From assembly GCA_053919585.1 (NCBI GenBank), contig CM132804.1: 64,000 nt of DNA, one strand, 5' to 3'. Below are positions 41,619 to 55,534 of the stretch, one piece after another (position 1 is the stretch's first letter; each line of letters starts with the position of its first letter). The stretch is from Euprymna scolopes (Eukaryota). The translations under genes were made by a program, and so were the position numbers. The notes beneath the pieces are model-generated. The model worked only from the letters and a program-made list of their open reading frames with translations, was not told the DNA's origin and made no database searches.

Positions 41619-43782
41619 GTATCTATCACTAATATATACAAATAGCCAATTAAAATTTACATAGGGATGCACAGCCAACAACCCTTTTTAGAAACAGATA
41701 ACACTCTTGTACAAAAAAAACTATTCTGTTTTCCTATATAAGTGAGCTTTTATAACTCATTTATTTGAATTCAGAAAAAAGGTTTTTGCTTGAATAATGC
41801 TGGGCGACAAATGATACTAACAAGTAACTGCGTTATATTATTAGTTGTATGAAATTCTGAGCATATCAATCATTTATTCTTTCTTAAATACAAAAAAGAA
41901 ACATTAGTTCAGACTATTATTTTAATAACATAATTACAAGCGGCTGATGTAGTTAGTAAAACATGAGATTGATATAAAGGAGAACACATCCGTTTTGGGT
42001 GATATTGTAAATAAAAAATAGAAAGATTGAATTAAATGTTGTAAGTAAAATAATAATCATAATGTATACAAGAAAAAGGAACTGTCCCAAGGTTTCTTTT
42101 AATTTTATTTTTAATTAAAAATACATAATCTTGCAACTCATATGGAGAGGAAGCAATGTTGTATATAGCTCAATCCTTTCACTATACTCTTTTAGTAACA
42201 CCAGTACATTTTCCATCATGCTCTATTTAATACAACCGTTTAAAAAAATTGACGCAAGTAAAAAAAAAATGATGAAATTCGGCACAACAACCTAGTGGGT
42301 CCTTTCAAGATGAATTGTTATTTACCTATATCTGAAAAACAAATCCATACATTCATATTTAAATTAGAAATAAATTGGGACGTGGTAAATAGCAGAAATT
42401 TAACTTGTTTTTATGTTTTTTTTATTAGTTGTCATTTACCAATTAGCTGTCTTTCATTAAAAAAATTGGATTATAAAATTTATTTTATTTAACCATATGA
42501 ATGCAATTGAAAGCGAATCATAAAATTAGTTTCATAAAAATTAGTTTCGTAAAATTAGTTTCGTAAAAATTAGTTTATTAGTTAAAAATTAGCCCATACC
42601 AAGAACATCTGTGTTCGTTTTCATAGTTTATTTTCTATGAAAATTGTTAGTCATTAAATTCAACAAAATAATGTGGAACTATTAATTTATTTGATTTTTA
42701 TATTTTAAGACGTTATTTATTTTTCGTTCTGTGATGGCCATTATAAAGGAAATAATATACTTTGGTCAATTATTAAATCGAATAAAAAAATATGACCGCC
42801 ATCAATAGACGGTAATGTGGATTTCAACGAAAAAGTCACAATTACACAAGATGCGGTGCATTCTATTTTAAATGGTGTTCAATTGCTTTACTTTCTATTT
42901 ATCAGATCTACAGAACACCGTCACATGACAATTAAAGAATCCTAAACCTGAATCAATCAAACCGAAAATACAAATTATAGTCAAATTCCATACTGTCACA
43001 GATAAAATAATTTTGCAGACAAAATTGTGTACTACAGTTAAATTAGTATAATTAGATTTTCGGTACATATTTCAGATATGTATTATGGTTTCATTGACCT
43101 TTCACTGCTCAGAAAAGGTCGTTACAATCCATCCAAAATTCCTCAGCGACTCACGACATGAAGACAAATCGATTTGTTTTCTATTTCGTGAATTTTATTG
43201 ATTTCTTCTCANNNNNNNNNNNNNNNNNNNNNNNNNNNNNNNNNNNNNNNNNNNNNNNNNNNNNNNNNNNNNNNNNNNNNNNNNNNNNNNNNNNNNNNNN
43301 NNNNNNNNNNNNNNNNNNNNNNNNNNNNNNNNNNNNNNNNNNNNNNNTTATATATCGGAATACTTTCCTTCTCGTCAGAGGGGAGGAATTAATAAAATGT
43401 AGAAAGAAATTTTGCCTGTAAAGTATTCAAAGAAACTAAGTATGAAAAGAATCATACTAGCATGAAAGTAAGATGTAGAATAATGAAACAGAGTGGAATG
43501 AAAAAAGAAAAAATGGTTTCACACGAGAGTGTGTTCCCATGGTGGTCGAGACCAAAATCAGGTATATCAGAGAAAGTGGTAGTAATAAAATATCCATGTT
43601 TATAGTATTCCGAGAGCATGTTGCTGGAGATTATAAATGGTTCAAAGAATAATGATTGATGACAGAATTTTAGGGGAAAATTGTTCCACTGTCTAAATAC
43701 GTTCATAAATGAACAGGTTATACTGAAGAACTTGTAGGAGGCATTTTCAGAACTGTTTTTTTTTTCGTCATTATCCCGCATA

Positions 43783-43880
43783 TAGCGCCTGGTATTTACA
43801 AATAGTCACTCATTTCACACTGGCCAGGCTCGACGTCTCTTAATTTCTGTGATTAACGAAAACCAGTGTGTCGACGTATT
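43783..43880 (-). pseudogene. Decayed 5S rRNA-derived copy (intronic)
   Basis: Reverse complement: gtcgacacactggttttcgttaatcacagaaattaagagacgtcgagcctggcc...gagtgact...aataccaggcgct. Confidence 0.75.
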
Positions 43881-45394
43881 CGATGTATATATCTAGAAAA
43901 CATCTATTCGTTTTAATCAATAAACAATATTATTATAGTCGATCCAGCATAGATTAGAAAGCAAAGCATTAAGACTTTTTCGATTTTTTTTATAAGGATT
44001 GATAATTTGGATAATTGGATTATTCCAATTACTATTCTCATTTTCGTTGTTATATTCACAATGTTTCCGCCGATGTAACCTCCAACATTCATTGGATATC
44101 TTCTAGATTAACTCGGAAACCAGCACGAAATTTTGAACTGGCCTTTTATTTAATCCATGGAAGTAGAGTCTTCTTATTCCGTCAGCCATGTCCGGGTAGA
44201 AGTGTTAATTTTATGTTATTTTAGGTTAGTATCGTCTGAATGTTTCACTTAGAACTGGACCAATGTCATAATTAATTAACAGTCACTTAATAAGAAATCT
44301 AAAGAGTAGAACGGCTGAAACGTTGTGAAGATGGCAAAAACTAAATGAAAAACACGGTCCTAAACAAAGTAAATATCAGAGAAAAATAGTCAAAAATATA
44401 TGTTATTCTGTCTTGTTGGCTGTGCCCTACTGTAAATAATCAGTAACAGATAGACATCATTTTAGAAGACTTTATTAACAATCTTGTGTGAACACGTTCG
44501 ATTTTTAATGAAATTAATATATTTTTTATATAGTTATCTTAATAATTATATAATTAATTCAAATTAATATAAAAGCATTCTGAAATTAAACGTGTTAAAA
44601 ATACCTTGTAAATTTCATTTTACCCAAATAGTAAAAGTATATTTATGTTTTAATTGTGTAAATTTTCTATCAAATCATTCAGTAGGATTATCTCCCTTGG
44701 GAAGTATCCACATTCGTATTTCTTTCAGACATATTTCGTTTACTAAAATGGACATTCTGCGTCTATCAGATCTGTTGATCGTTTTTATTTCATTTTATTC
44801 TATTTTTTCTAACGATCGTTCGCAAATCAGGGTTTAAGGTAAATAAACAAATTCAAAACCCATGTTGTCTGTAACGTTCTTCAATTTTTTCAGGTTTCGA
44901 CTCAAATATATCCTCCAATCCAAATATTCTTTTCCATCCAACTTTGACAAGATATCTTGTCTTTGTTATTTGGCTAGAAATTCGTCAGATAGATGACTTA
45001 AAGTTAATTGGAATCTCAATAAATGAATACATAACTAATGTTTACACAACATGGCGTTTTGGAAAATGTTTTATCTACAACGACCTTGGCTGCGGACGTT
45101 TGTTAAGATTTGAGAACGAATAATTAATAGACACAGAATGCCCTTATTTTACCGCTTTATCAAATTTAGACACAAAGTCGGTTTTACTTGTAGATGTTAT
45201 CCAGCTCCCCAGAAAGGGGCGCTTTGTCACCGAAACATGTTTGAAAGAATGAATGCTGCCCAACCAAGTCATATTAAAATTCCTGTAGTAAAATTTCCCA
45301 ATTCATTTCACACCAGTTTCTTCTCAAGTTCTAATCTTAAAAAATGTTGTTGGCGTGACAGTATTTTCTCATAGAATTTCGTAATTCTCCGCAG

Positions 45395-45794
45395 ATCACC
45401 TCCTTCTCCAGCAGGCCCTGCCCAAACAAAGGAAAGGAGCGCGGAGGACAAAGGGTCCAAGGATAACGGCCTGCCACGTTGGCTCATTCCTCTCACCCTG
45501 CTCGTCCTCCTTGGCGCTGCCGTCGCTGCCTTGTTCATGTACCGTGAATCGCTCCAGGAAAAGTACCCGACGCTTTACACTTTGCTCGATGTGATAGCGG
45601 TGCGTGGAAGGCAGATTGAACCTTCAACTCAAACTGAGGATGTCGCTGAAGCTGCCGCCCAAGTGATGGAGTCAGCAATTCCAAGTGCAGAGGATCTCGC
45701 CTCCGGTGTAGAATCGGTTCTGGAACAAGGAGATTATGTTTGCACGGAGGAGGTGATTACTCCGGAAGAAGGCGTCAAAGTTGAGAACTGCTAA
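45395..45794 (+). CDS. Terminal coding exon: TM helix WLIPLTLLVLLGAAVAALFMY plus acidic tail ending VKVENC*
   Basis: Acceptor ttctccgcag|A, phase 2 (AG+A = Arg). Same frame as ORF 45531-45794; stop TAA at 45792-45794; hydrophobic stretch of ~21 aa; GC-rich island. Confidence 0.88.
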
Positions 45795-45818
45795 GTACAA
45801 GACACAACCCATCTACCT

Positions 45819-45874
<56 letters not shown>

Positions 45875-46554
45875 ATGTTTCCCATTTATAAAAATATACA
45901 TTTCCCATTTATACCAAAAATATCGGAGTATACATAAATATCCACAACTATGTCTTATATATAGAGTGTGTATGCATACTCTCCGTATATTGAAGAATGT
46001 GCTTTTTTTATTTACCAGAAAAATTCCATTTCGTCCTCGTGAGTTTTCGTACCCAAGAAGTTACATGTGTTCCGTTAAGGTGCGCTGGCATAACTGATTG
46101 TCTTATTGACTTCTTGGTGTTGTAGTCGATTTTATAGAATGCAGAGTTAACTCCCTTATATTTTTCTCAAATGGACATGATATCCGAGGCTGGATTGATA
46201 ACGCAAAACATTAAGATGCGAAATGAAACAAAATGAACGTAAAAAAAAAAAAAAATCTAACTCAGCAATAAAGACTCCACAAATCTTGATATAAATACAA
46301 AACAACAAAGAATGAATAAGTACATTATTACGTAACAAAAAACTTATCCGCCAAAGTCCACCAAAATCAACTTGACAGTAGCTTTTTATAACTAAAGAAC
46401 AAAAATCGGTGTTTGATATTTGTTTCAATTTATATACATAATTACTTTACTTACATATGTAAACTTTAAAGAATAAAAATTTATTTAACGGATCCAGATG
46501 AATCCTGGGAGTCGGGTCTAATTTCATTATTTTAAAGAATTTATTAATTATCAG

Positions 46555-46783
46555 CAGGGTTGCAGAGTCGGAGGATATAAGATCCAACCCCAACTCCGAC
46601 GCTGAGAATTTCCACAGTTCTGACACCGACTCTTAGAATTTTAAAATATTCGACTCCGACATCAACTCTTTTCATACTATCTATTGAGGATTCAAAAATC
46701 TGACCTCGACTCTTAGCATTCTTACGAATCCGACTCTGACTTCTAAAATCCCTGATTTTCTCGACTCCGACTTTACGGCCCTG
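46555..46783. mobile_element. hAT-like MITE with CGACTC subrepeats
   Basis: Imperfect TIRs cagggttgcagagtcggag / ctccgactttacggccctg; 8-bp flanks attatcag and gttaccag (6/8 match). A related fragment lies at ~60423-60485. Confidence 0.65.
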
Positions 46784-47823
46784 GTTACCAGTAGTTATTT
46801 ACGTAGTATTGCTAACAAACAAACAAAAAAACAAATGTAAATTAAAATTATGAACCTTCTTGGCGGATGCAATGATAAACACAAATAAACAAACCTGAAC
46901 TATTTATTTATGTTTGAACACAATTTCATTTTTAACTCATTTGTAACATTTTAAATTATTAAAACAAACACGTTTCTCTCTCAGAATGTTAAAGAAATGA
47001 AAAACTTTCAAAGAAATGTTTAAAAATAAGCAAACTTACAAAAGCCTCGTTTCCAGAAATCTGTTTGACTCATTTTTGTTTCATTTTACCAACGATGTAT
47101 TATTTGTACCAACTATATTAATGTGCATTAAAATGATTTCCATTCATACCTTTTTTCTGTGGGCTTTCAATATTATACATAGAATTAATTTTATGTTGTA
47201 ACTGCTACTGCATTAAGGGCTTTGTTGTTGCTTTAAACTGCAAAACCCTACAATTCTGCACTGTCTCAATGGCTTCCTGCTTGTCTTTGTGACCGTCTGC
47301 GTGCTTCTTTGCTTTTGCTTGTTTTCCTGTGTTCACGCTTATGATGATCTCGACAGAAACAACATATACATGCATGTCGTTACAAAGTTATATTTGTGGT
47401 CAAGTAATTCTGTAAACAGTAACGTTTAAATGTGTAATATATATATATATATATATATATGCATTTATATGCGTACATACANNNNNNNNNNNNNNNNNNN
47501 NNNNNNNNNNNNNNNNNNNNNNNNNNNNNNNNNNNNNNNNNNNNNNNNNNNNNNNNNNNNNNNNNNNNNNNNNNNNNNNNNNNNNNNNNNNNNNNNNNNN
47601 NNNNNNNNNNNNNNNNNNNNNNNNNNNNNNNNNNNNNNNNNNNNNNNNNNNNNNNNNNNNNNNNNNNNNNNNNNNNNNNNNNNNNNNNNNNNNNNNNNNN
47701 NNNNNNNNNNNNNNNNNNNNNNNNNNNNNNNNNNNNNNNNNNNNNNNNNNNNNNNNNNCACAGGGAACAGACACTCATTTGTGTTCGTTCAAAAAAATTT
47801 ATTTACTATATAAGTGTATAATT

Positions 47824-47871
<48 letters not shown>

Positions 47872-48316
47872 AATTATGTGAAGTTATAGTATTATTCTTT
47901 CTTTAATAGTTGAAATCCTGAGACCACAATATAGCTTACGAACTTTTATATAGCTTGCAATAATAATGTACAAACATAGACAACTATTTATAGTTATCTA
48001 TAGATCAGAGAGTTTTTATTCAAGGGAGATAATCTCCGACCAGGAGGTAACATTACTTCTGATTACAATATACATCGGAAAGCGCAGGACTGGATAAACC
48101 ATAAAACAAAATAAAAATAAGATTCGAACATCAAGTACAAAGAGGTGTCACCAACTATAGTTTGATAGATTTGCAATAAGAAATAAATCTTTTTCTGCAG
48201 AGTTTGATTTTGTCAATTGTGAGAACGATCGAATGCTATTATACTTAGTTATACAAAACTAGTGGTTTTAAAACGAAACATTAATTATTTTACAAGTAGA
48301 TAATAACGCTCTAGTC

Positions 48317-48414
48317 CAGTTGACACACCGCTTTCCGTTAGAGCACAAAAGTTAAACGATTTTGTGTCCTGGCAGTACTAAATGTATGACCATTGGGAAA
48401 TACCAGGTGCTGTA
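48317..48414 (+). pseudogene. Decayed 5S rRNA-derived copy
   Basis: gttgacacaccgctttccgtt...aagttaa...agtacta...tgaccattgggaaataccaggtgctgta. Confidence 0.7.
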
Positions 48415-51400
48415 TGTAACAAAACTCTTTTGAAATTCAACTGAATCTACAGATTACTCGTATATAAAAATGCACGATTTCGACATGACATGATTTAACG
48501 ATGGTAGATATGCCGCCAAACTCAACAACAACAAAGGGAAGCGTGCAGCTATTCTTTTTATGCTGATATATTTGATACAAAATTGATTTAATTTAGGACG
48601 TACAGTACCTTGTGACAGTCAGAGCCAGAAAATTACTTCTGTGTCTTTGGCATCTCTATCACCAGTTAAGGATGCACTATGCCCCCCCCCCCCGAATCTC
48701 CATCTCCCACAAAATACTCGTATACACGGTTATCCACAAATTCCACAAGTTTTTGTTTATTTCCGGTTTCTGCTGACCATTCTGCTTCACGATGAAATCC
48801 CTGGAAAACTTCTTTCTTATTATGTTTACCAGTTTTAAAATATTCTGTTATTATGAAAAACAGCCAAGTTCGTTTGATTATTTTAAAACTGATAAACATT
48901 AATTAGAAAGGACCTTTCCAGGGCATTTATCGTGAATCAAAACAGTCAGCAAACAAAAAAAAAAGAAAAAAATGGAAGTAAACAAAAACACACGGAACGC
49001 GGATAACCCATATACATTTTAATGGAATAGGTGAGGATCAACTATATGGAAAGTGTTTGCACTATAAAGTCGATGTCACAATTGAAAAATACTAGAATGA
49101 TCATGATTTTAAGTAAAGAATTTTGAATATTCTGTACGGTTTATTGCTATAAGTTATTCCGATCGGAAGCACTTGAATCCTTTAATAAGTACAAATGATC
49201 CAATCACAAAATATTCAATTTAAAAAATATTACCACAGTAACAAAGTGTTTGAAAACAGATTACATAACTGAAGTTATGGGTCTATAAAAAATGTTCTAT
49301 TCGATTTGGTGGTTCATCGAATGATCAAAATCTGCACCAATTTTCTTTAGTCAATTTTCTGTCCGTTCTTTATAATACAAATCTATTTCAATAACAGAGT
49401 TAGACATATCCAGCGCCTTCAAGCTCATCAGGTCGTAAAATAATTAAACGCAACCCTAAAACATCGACTGCTATGGTGAAAACTGTGAAACTAGAGCTTA
49501 GAGACGACTGAAGTTATGGTCTGAGAAAGGTTTTAATTTTGTCGAGTTGATTCCTCCAGTAGAGGTTTCAAAGAATCGTCATTTTGTTAATCGATTTAAT
49601 TGTATGGAATGGTTTAAATTTAGCTGCAATCAAAGCTGAACAAAAGTTAAGTGAGAGGTTTCATACTCTCTGGGTGACATCTTTAAATAATAATAAGCAA
49701 AAAGTAGTTATAGTCATTGATTTATTATTTATATTACTTATTTTATTCCCGAGTGTTCTAATTGATAAAAGAAGAAGACAAAAACAGTTTGATGTAAATT
49801 ACACTAAATCATATTAAATCACTACAAATTTTCATATATGTTTGTTTTTCGTGTCGAACTCGGCAATCTTTATGCCGAATTCGGGAACCTATACGGAAGA
49901 TTCCCGAGTTCGACAAGATACACCTGAAGAAGTTCGGGGGTTACATCGATCGAAATGTTAAATAAATAGCACTCAAAATAAAAACAGTAGTCTAAAGAAT
50001 CCAAATAATACAACTAATCAATCCGCATGTGAAAAAAAAAATTCTTCATATAAAATAATACATATTATTTAGAAATTCGGTTCGTACATGTCAAATAAAG
50101 GTTTAATTATCGATTTTCAATTTGTTTTAACTGCGTATAATTTCTATATGCACAAAACATTATTTGACTCAAACAAAAACTATCAAATCACGAAGAAATA
50201 TAAGTCCGGAATTTGGTTTTAAAGGCCGTGAACATCGATGACTGTCTTATAACTAAAAGTTTACAACAGAAAAACAAACAATGACAGTTATTAGTAACCA
50301 ATTCGGTCTTTGTTTGGTAATATACGAGTTATTTCTCATTATAACATCTCTCAAATTAGTGAGAATTTTTTTCGCAATGTAGTAGAGGAAGAACTACAAT
50401 AACTAGTTTAAACCACTTTCTGAGACCGATTCATCATAATGAAACACATTTGGAACATTTAATGAGTGAAATAGCTCATTTCCAACCCTCTCAGTGTTTG
50501 TCATTATCTAACTGACAATCTTATTAACTCTGATTCTCGAGCGGCTTTTGGTCTTATTAAGTGGTGACTCATTAGTATAAAAAAGGGTCATCCCTACAAA
50601 AAAATTTTCAAAGTGACAGAAACATATGGTAAAAAGTTGTGTGATCAGAGAGATTAAAGGACTCGAGTTCTTCAGCTGAAAATTCTTTTAAACTTTAAAA
50701 GAAATGAAGACTTTTTTGTCTTTTGTTTATATAAAATATAACTTAAAATTCCATTGGCTCCATCTTTCATGTATCAGCTTATTGTTCAATGTAAACGCCA
50801 ACAAGGAAAGATTGTCTCACACGTTTCCTTATGCAGAAAACTGATTGAAATAGAATACATGGAAAATAACAGCTGTCAATCAGACAGACACTCCTAATCA
50901 GCCCATGAACTCAACTGACAGCTGTCATCTCAGTAAGCGTTTGCGATTAGCCTATAAGATTGTCGTACTTTCTCACCTGATATTTCGAAACAAGGTTAAT
51001 TATTACTTTTATACGCGACAGAGGAGAGGGTGTAGTTCATCAGTTATGTATGCCTTCATAATATGTCACTGCCTTATTGGTGACGTGGAGAGGGGTCCAT
51101 ATTTGGTTCAAGGTTGAGAAAAAGAAGCATCATTTCCTGCCTTGTGTCACAATAGTAGCGTTTAATTAAAACAAGGTGTAAAGATAAGCTCAACTATTAA
51201 TTCAACGCATTTACAAGAGAAAAAGGTGAGTCAGTCTATAGAAAACAGAACAGAATATGAAGTAAATGTCAGTCAAACCTTTGTTTGAGTGAAGCACAGC
51301 CACTGACTAATGAACACTTCAACTCACAAGCAGGAATAAAAACCAATCTGATTGGTTAGCTAACTAAACTAAACACCACATGGATATATAAAAAAATAAC

Positions 51401-51607
51401 AGGTAACACGAGTTCTATGCACAGGAATAAAATAGGAGAAGATTCTGGGTAGATTAATTACCAACTTGTAAAATGTATATAGTTTATATCTATTCGTTTA
51501 AGAGTCGATTTCCAAAAGCAAAAATGGAGCTCAATATTTCATATTTAAAATTTAAAACCCAATACAGCTATTAATAAATCATATAATGATATAAGCTGGA
51601 ATTAATG

Positions 51608-51688
<81 letters not shown>

Positions 51689-51899
51689 GTTTCAATACTT
51701 ATAGAAAAGCACTAAGAGATCGATGTAAGTATTTCACAGGAGACAATCGACATTTTCGCAATCAGATATGAGGCATTTAGAAATTAAATCTTATCTTACA
51801 TGAAATCCACTTCCATTGCACGCTGCTCACATCCCTAACTGCAATGAATCGCTCATGTTGGTGAGTGGGCCAACAATTCAGCCAGATAAGTTTTTCCCT

Positions 51900-52610
51900 C
51901 GGCCCCAGAAGACGAATCTGTTTCCCTGTTGACTGTGGTATATTGCTGGTCCTGTACAGTTCTAGATCTACCTTCCAAGGCTTTGCCTGCTTTCTTTGAG
52001 TAGGAGTTAGCTTATTGCTAATCGCATGAGGTGCTTCTACCGGGAAATGCCAACAAAGCTGCCCAGGTACTTTTTTTGCAGACCAAACTGTTCCTCCTTT
52101 GGAGTGCTAGCTCTTCAATCCCACTTTGTGACCCTAGTCTCACATCTCGCTGAAGAAAGGAGATAAATGCCCATCAGTCCTTAGGCGATTAGTAAGAACT
52201 TAATCCCTTCTTCAATGCACAGGAAAGTAAAGAACTACACAGAAGCAAGAGATGGTGATCATCCTAGGCTTCTGTAAAAAAATTACCTCAGCCCGACAGA
52301 ACCAATGCCTCTTAGCCTGAAAATGGGCCAGACCCTGTTGAACTGATTTTTAGATCGAGTATAAATAGTTTTCTTTTCCAAACTGATGAACACAAAATTA
52401 CGCTTCAATAATTGATAATACAGCAGCCTCTTCCAGTAGGTTCCTTCCAAGAACTGAAAGCTTGTAAAACTCTTCTTGTTGAGTGTTTTCCTCCTACTTA
52501 TAGTTTCGGTCTTTTCAAGACTGTCTTTGTAGTAATCATCTTTAGTTCTTGTTAGCTCCTTATATTGACGGGCTCTATGCCTTGTTTGGGGCGATTTCCA
52601 TAAAAAAAAA
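51900..52610 (-). mobile_element. Possible highly decayed LINE endonuclease-region fragment
   Basis: More GC-rich block with broken minus-strand frames and a DDHHLL motif resembling the APE SDHxP motif. Weak support. Confidence 0.3.
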
Positions 52611-52879
52611 AAAGAAACAATACTTACTTCAGTTATTTTCTTCGTAAGCGCAATGGTTCCAGTGGTTGTTGCCATCGTGAAAAGTAACATAGGGAAAACG
52701 AGTCATCGTAGGTTTCATCTCAGACTGAACACAAATGAATTGCGATAAATAATTGGAATTAGTTAAACTAATATTTCAAAATGCATCATTTGTTATTTAG
52801 TGTTCTCTGTCCGACGGCATATCAGTACTTTATGGGTTATTTAATGCCGAAATACTATGTATGTATTATAAACGATTTA

Positions 52880-53300
52880 TTGTATTGAATTGTCCGCAAA
52901 GCTTTAGTCTCTGTCACATCACCGCACTGTTGCATCCCTGTGCATGTTTTACAAATATTTCCATGGAATTTGCTCCAATGAACTTTCTGCATTTGTACTC
53001 CTCACCAAAAATACCCTCGACACACCTGACTAGCATCAAAAAGCCATCCTTTCATTGTATAAGTCGTTTGATGCGGATTTTCTACTCAGTTAGCTTCTTT
53101 CCTCAGACCGCCTATCTTTGTAATTCTCTCTTTGCTTCCTATTTCTGCGACCGTACCAAAATGCAGAAATTTAATCGTAATGTAAACAAGCATCTTTCTG
53201 CTTAATTTTTCATCCAGGTTGCACCCCCCTATAAATCTGATTCCTATCAAAGTATCCCCTTACGCTTCAGTTGCAATATACCTTGTTTGGAGCAAACAAA
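52880..53300 (+). mobile_element. 3' end of a CR1/Jockey-group LINE
   Basis: SFFPQTAYLCNSLFASYF...FNRNVN matches the FFPRTxxLWNxLP...FKxxVN motif at the C-terminus of CR1/Jockey-group ORF2. Confidence 0.65.
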
Positions 53301-53759
53301 GAAAAAGAAAAACATAAGTGCACACGAGTTGATATATTATCCATAGCTGGGAGGAAGGGCTCCGAGTTTATACCTCCCCCCACCATATTAGTGCATATAT
53401 AGATTCGATCTGATTTGAAGTCTTCACAGTCGATCTCATAGTCCAATTGTCTATCCTAAGTGAGTTTTGATAAGAGGAAAACAGGATTTTGTTTGTCGTG
53501 TTTGTTTTACAGCATATCAACCCTTTTTGATCTATTTTAATATCGATACATCATGCTGATTTAAAAAGAATCTATTCTGTATTCATAGTTGAACCTTAGT
53601 TGTTATTTGACTGGAGGGAAATTCGGGGTTCATTCCTTTTCAAATTGAATGAATGACTCATTGAACATCGTATGTGCCATAGGATTCAAACTCAGCATAG
53701 CCGAAGCCATAGTCCACGATGGTATTCGAAGCCAAGAACACAGCATACCAACAGAATAA

Positions 53760-53880
53760 TTCTTACTTAAAGTTTCTTTCCTAGGATTGTCTGCCTATGG
53801 AACTCTATACAGCAAGGATGCTTTCTAGCTGACTACATCATGGTCATTTTCAAGTCTAATATAAACAAGCTCTTGATGAG
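53760..53880 (+). mobile_element. Second short LINE ORF2 3' fragment
   Basis: Translates SFFPRIVCLWNSIQQGCFLADYIMVIFKSNINK. Confidence 0.6.
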
Positions 53881-54117
53881 TCCTCTTAAATAATCAAATT
53901 TTACCCAATTTCTACCACTACCAATTACGTTCTTGTTTCACCGACCACCTGACACTCGTTGATCCTCATCCTCAAGTTGCCTTCAGTCCTTGATAAGTGG
54001 TGACTTCAGTGTAAAAAAGAAACAATCACAAATATATGAGGCGTAACTATAAAGAGAGAGGTTTATATTTCTGTGTTCATTAAGCTAAAACAACATATCA
54101 GTAATTCAATGTAGCAT

Positions 54118-54228
54118 GGCATATGACTATATCATATTGAAATATTGGCTCTTATCAGAACACCAGTTAAGCAACGTTGAGCCTCATCACTATTTAGATA
54201 GGTGACTCTTTGAGAACACCAGGTGCTA
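54118..54228 (+). pseudogene. Decayed 5S rRNA-derived copy
   Basis: cagttaagcaacgttgagcc...tagataggtgac...gagaacaccaggtgct. Confidence 0.7.
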
Positions 54229-55298
54229 AAAGTTAGAAAGTGAAATGACTGTAGGATCACATATATAAATGGATTCATTTCTTTTCTTTGCATTTTCCAC
54301 ACTTTGCATGCAATAGTCAACTCTACTTTCAAGCGTTGGTTTAGTTTAGTTTGCAACTTATTCAGAAGAAAGAAAACCCTTAAATAATGTCACCGGCGTC
54401 TTTCTCTGCTTATTGTAGTGTTTCTACTGGTAGTCCTTACCACCGGATATGGGAAATTATGGGCCCAGAATAATACGGTTGGAGATTGTATAACCATTGT
54501 TATAAACTCTGCATCATACAGATGGACATTTAGATGGCATCCATTGTCTCTCGAAGTAGGAGGAAAGTGCACCTTGGATTTACTTTCGACAGCTTCATAA
54601 CTCCCGCTTCTTTTATTTTATCTTTATTCCTCATATTCGATGAGCGGTGTTTCTAACAAATGGGGAAGTATTGATGTTTTATTGGTTAAAATCTATCCAT
54701 CTAACAATTACCATTGGCTAGTTTTTACCCCAAAGCTGTATTTTTTTAAACTCCTTAAACCAAGTGGCTTCATGCCTTGTCTGGAGCGATTTTCATTTTT
54801 TTTAAATATCAATATCAGACGGAGTTCCACAGTTTTTTCTTTTCATGGTTTCTTAGTCAGAAAATAGCAAGAAAACCGATGTCATATTATGCATAATAAG
54901 GTGCCAGTAACTTCAATCTAACTGACCTTGTGTCAAACAAGAAGATGGGTAAATACCCATAGGTGTTCTTATGAAAGTCATAAACAAATTGAGCAAACAG
55001 AAAAAAAAATGGAAGATGTTTTTACACTCATATTTTTGCAACGTGTCAAACCTTTGCTACTCAACTTTCACGATAGTGAGTTATTTAAAAGTCAATGACA
55101 CTACTGATCTGTCCAGTTCAAGTGTCGATTTAACCAGCTTCCTCCAAAGGAGAAAGTTCCTAACAAATAACAGATTCACAAGCAATATCTACTAGCATAT
55201 TCATCTCGCACAGACGAGATAATTTTATTCCATTGGATTTTGCTGTTTGTGTAAATGTGCATGCGTGTGTGTAGGGAAGTGTTGACATATCCCTACAC

Positions 55299-55398
55299 AC
55301 AGCGCCTGATATTCCAAAATAGTTACTCATCTGGTACAGACCAGGCTAAATGTCACTTAACTTCTGGGATATAATGAGAACTGGTGTGTCAACGCCAT
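55299..55398 (-). pseudogene. Decayed 5S rRNA-derived copy
   Basis: Reverse complement: gttgacacaccagttctc...agaagttaag...ggaatatcaggcgctgt. Confidence 0.7.
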
Positions 55399-55534
55399 GC
55401 TCATCACTGATTACTGCGAGCTTCAGAGGGAAAAGTTTACATGGAGAAAGCTATTCTTGAGTAAAATTCGGCATCTCATATGCTTATATCCTCATATGTC
55501 TGTAGCAGTTTCTCTGCAGATGTATGCTAATCTA

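Noticed and set aside
45395-45794. KASH protein (nesprin/Msp300) or junctophilin assignment
   Set aside because: The tail is ~85 aa and lacks the terminal PPPX motif; no spectrin or MORN repeats in any exon seen.
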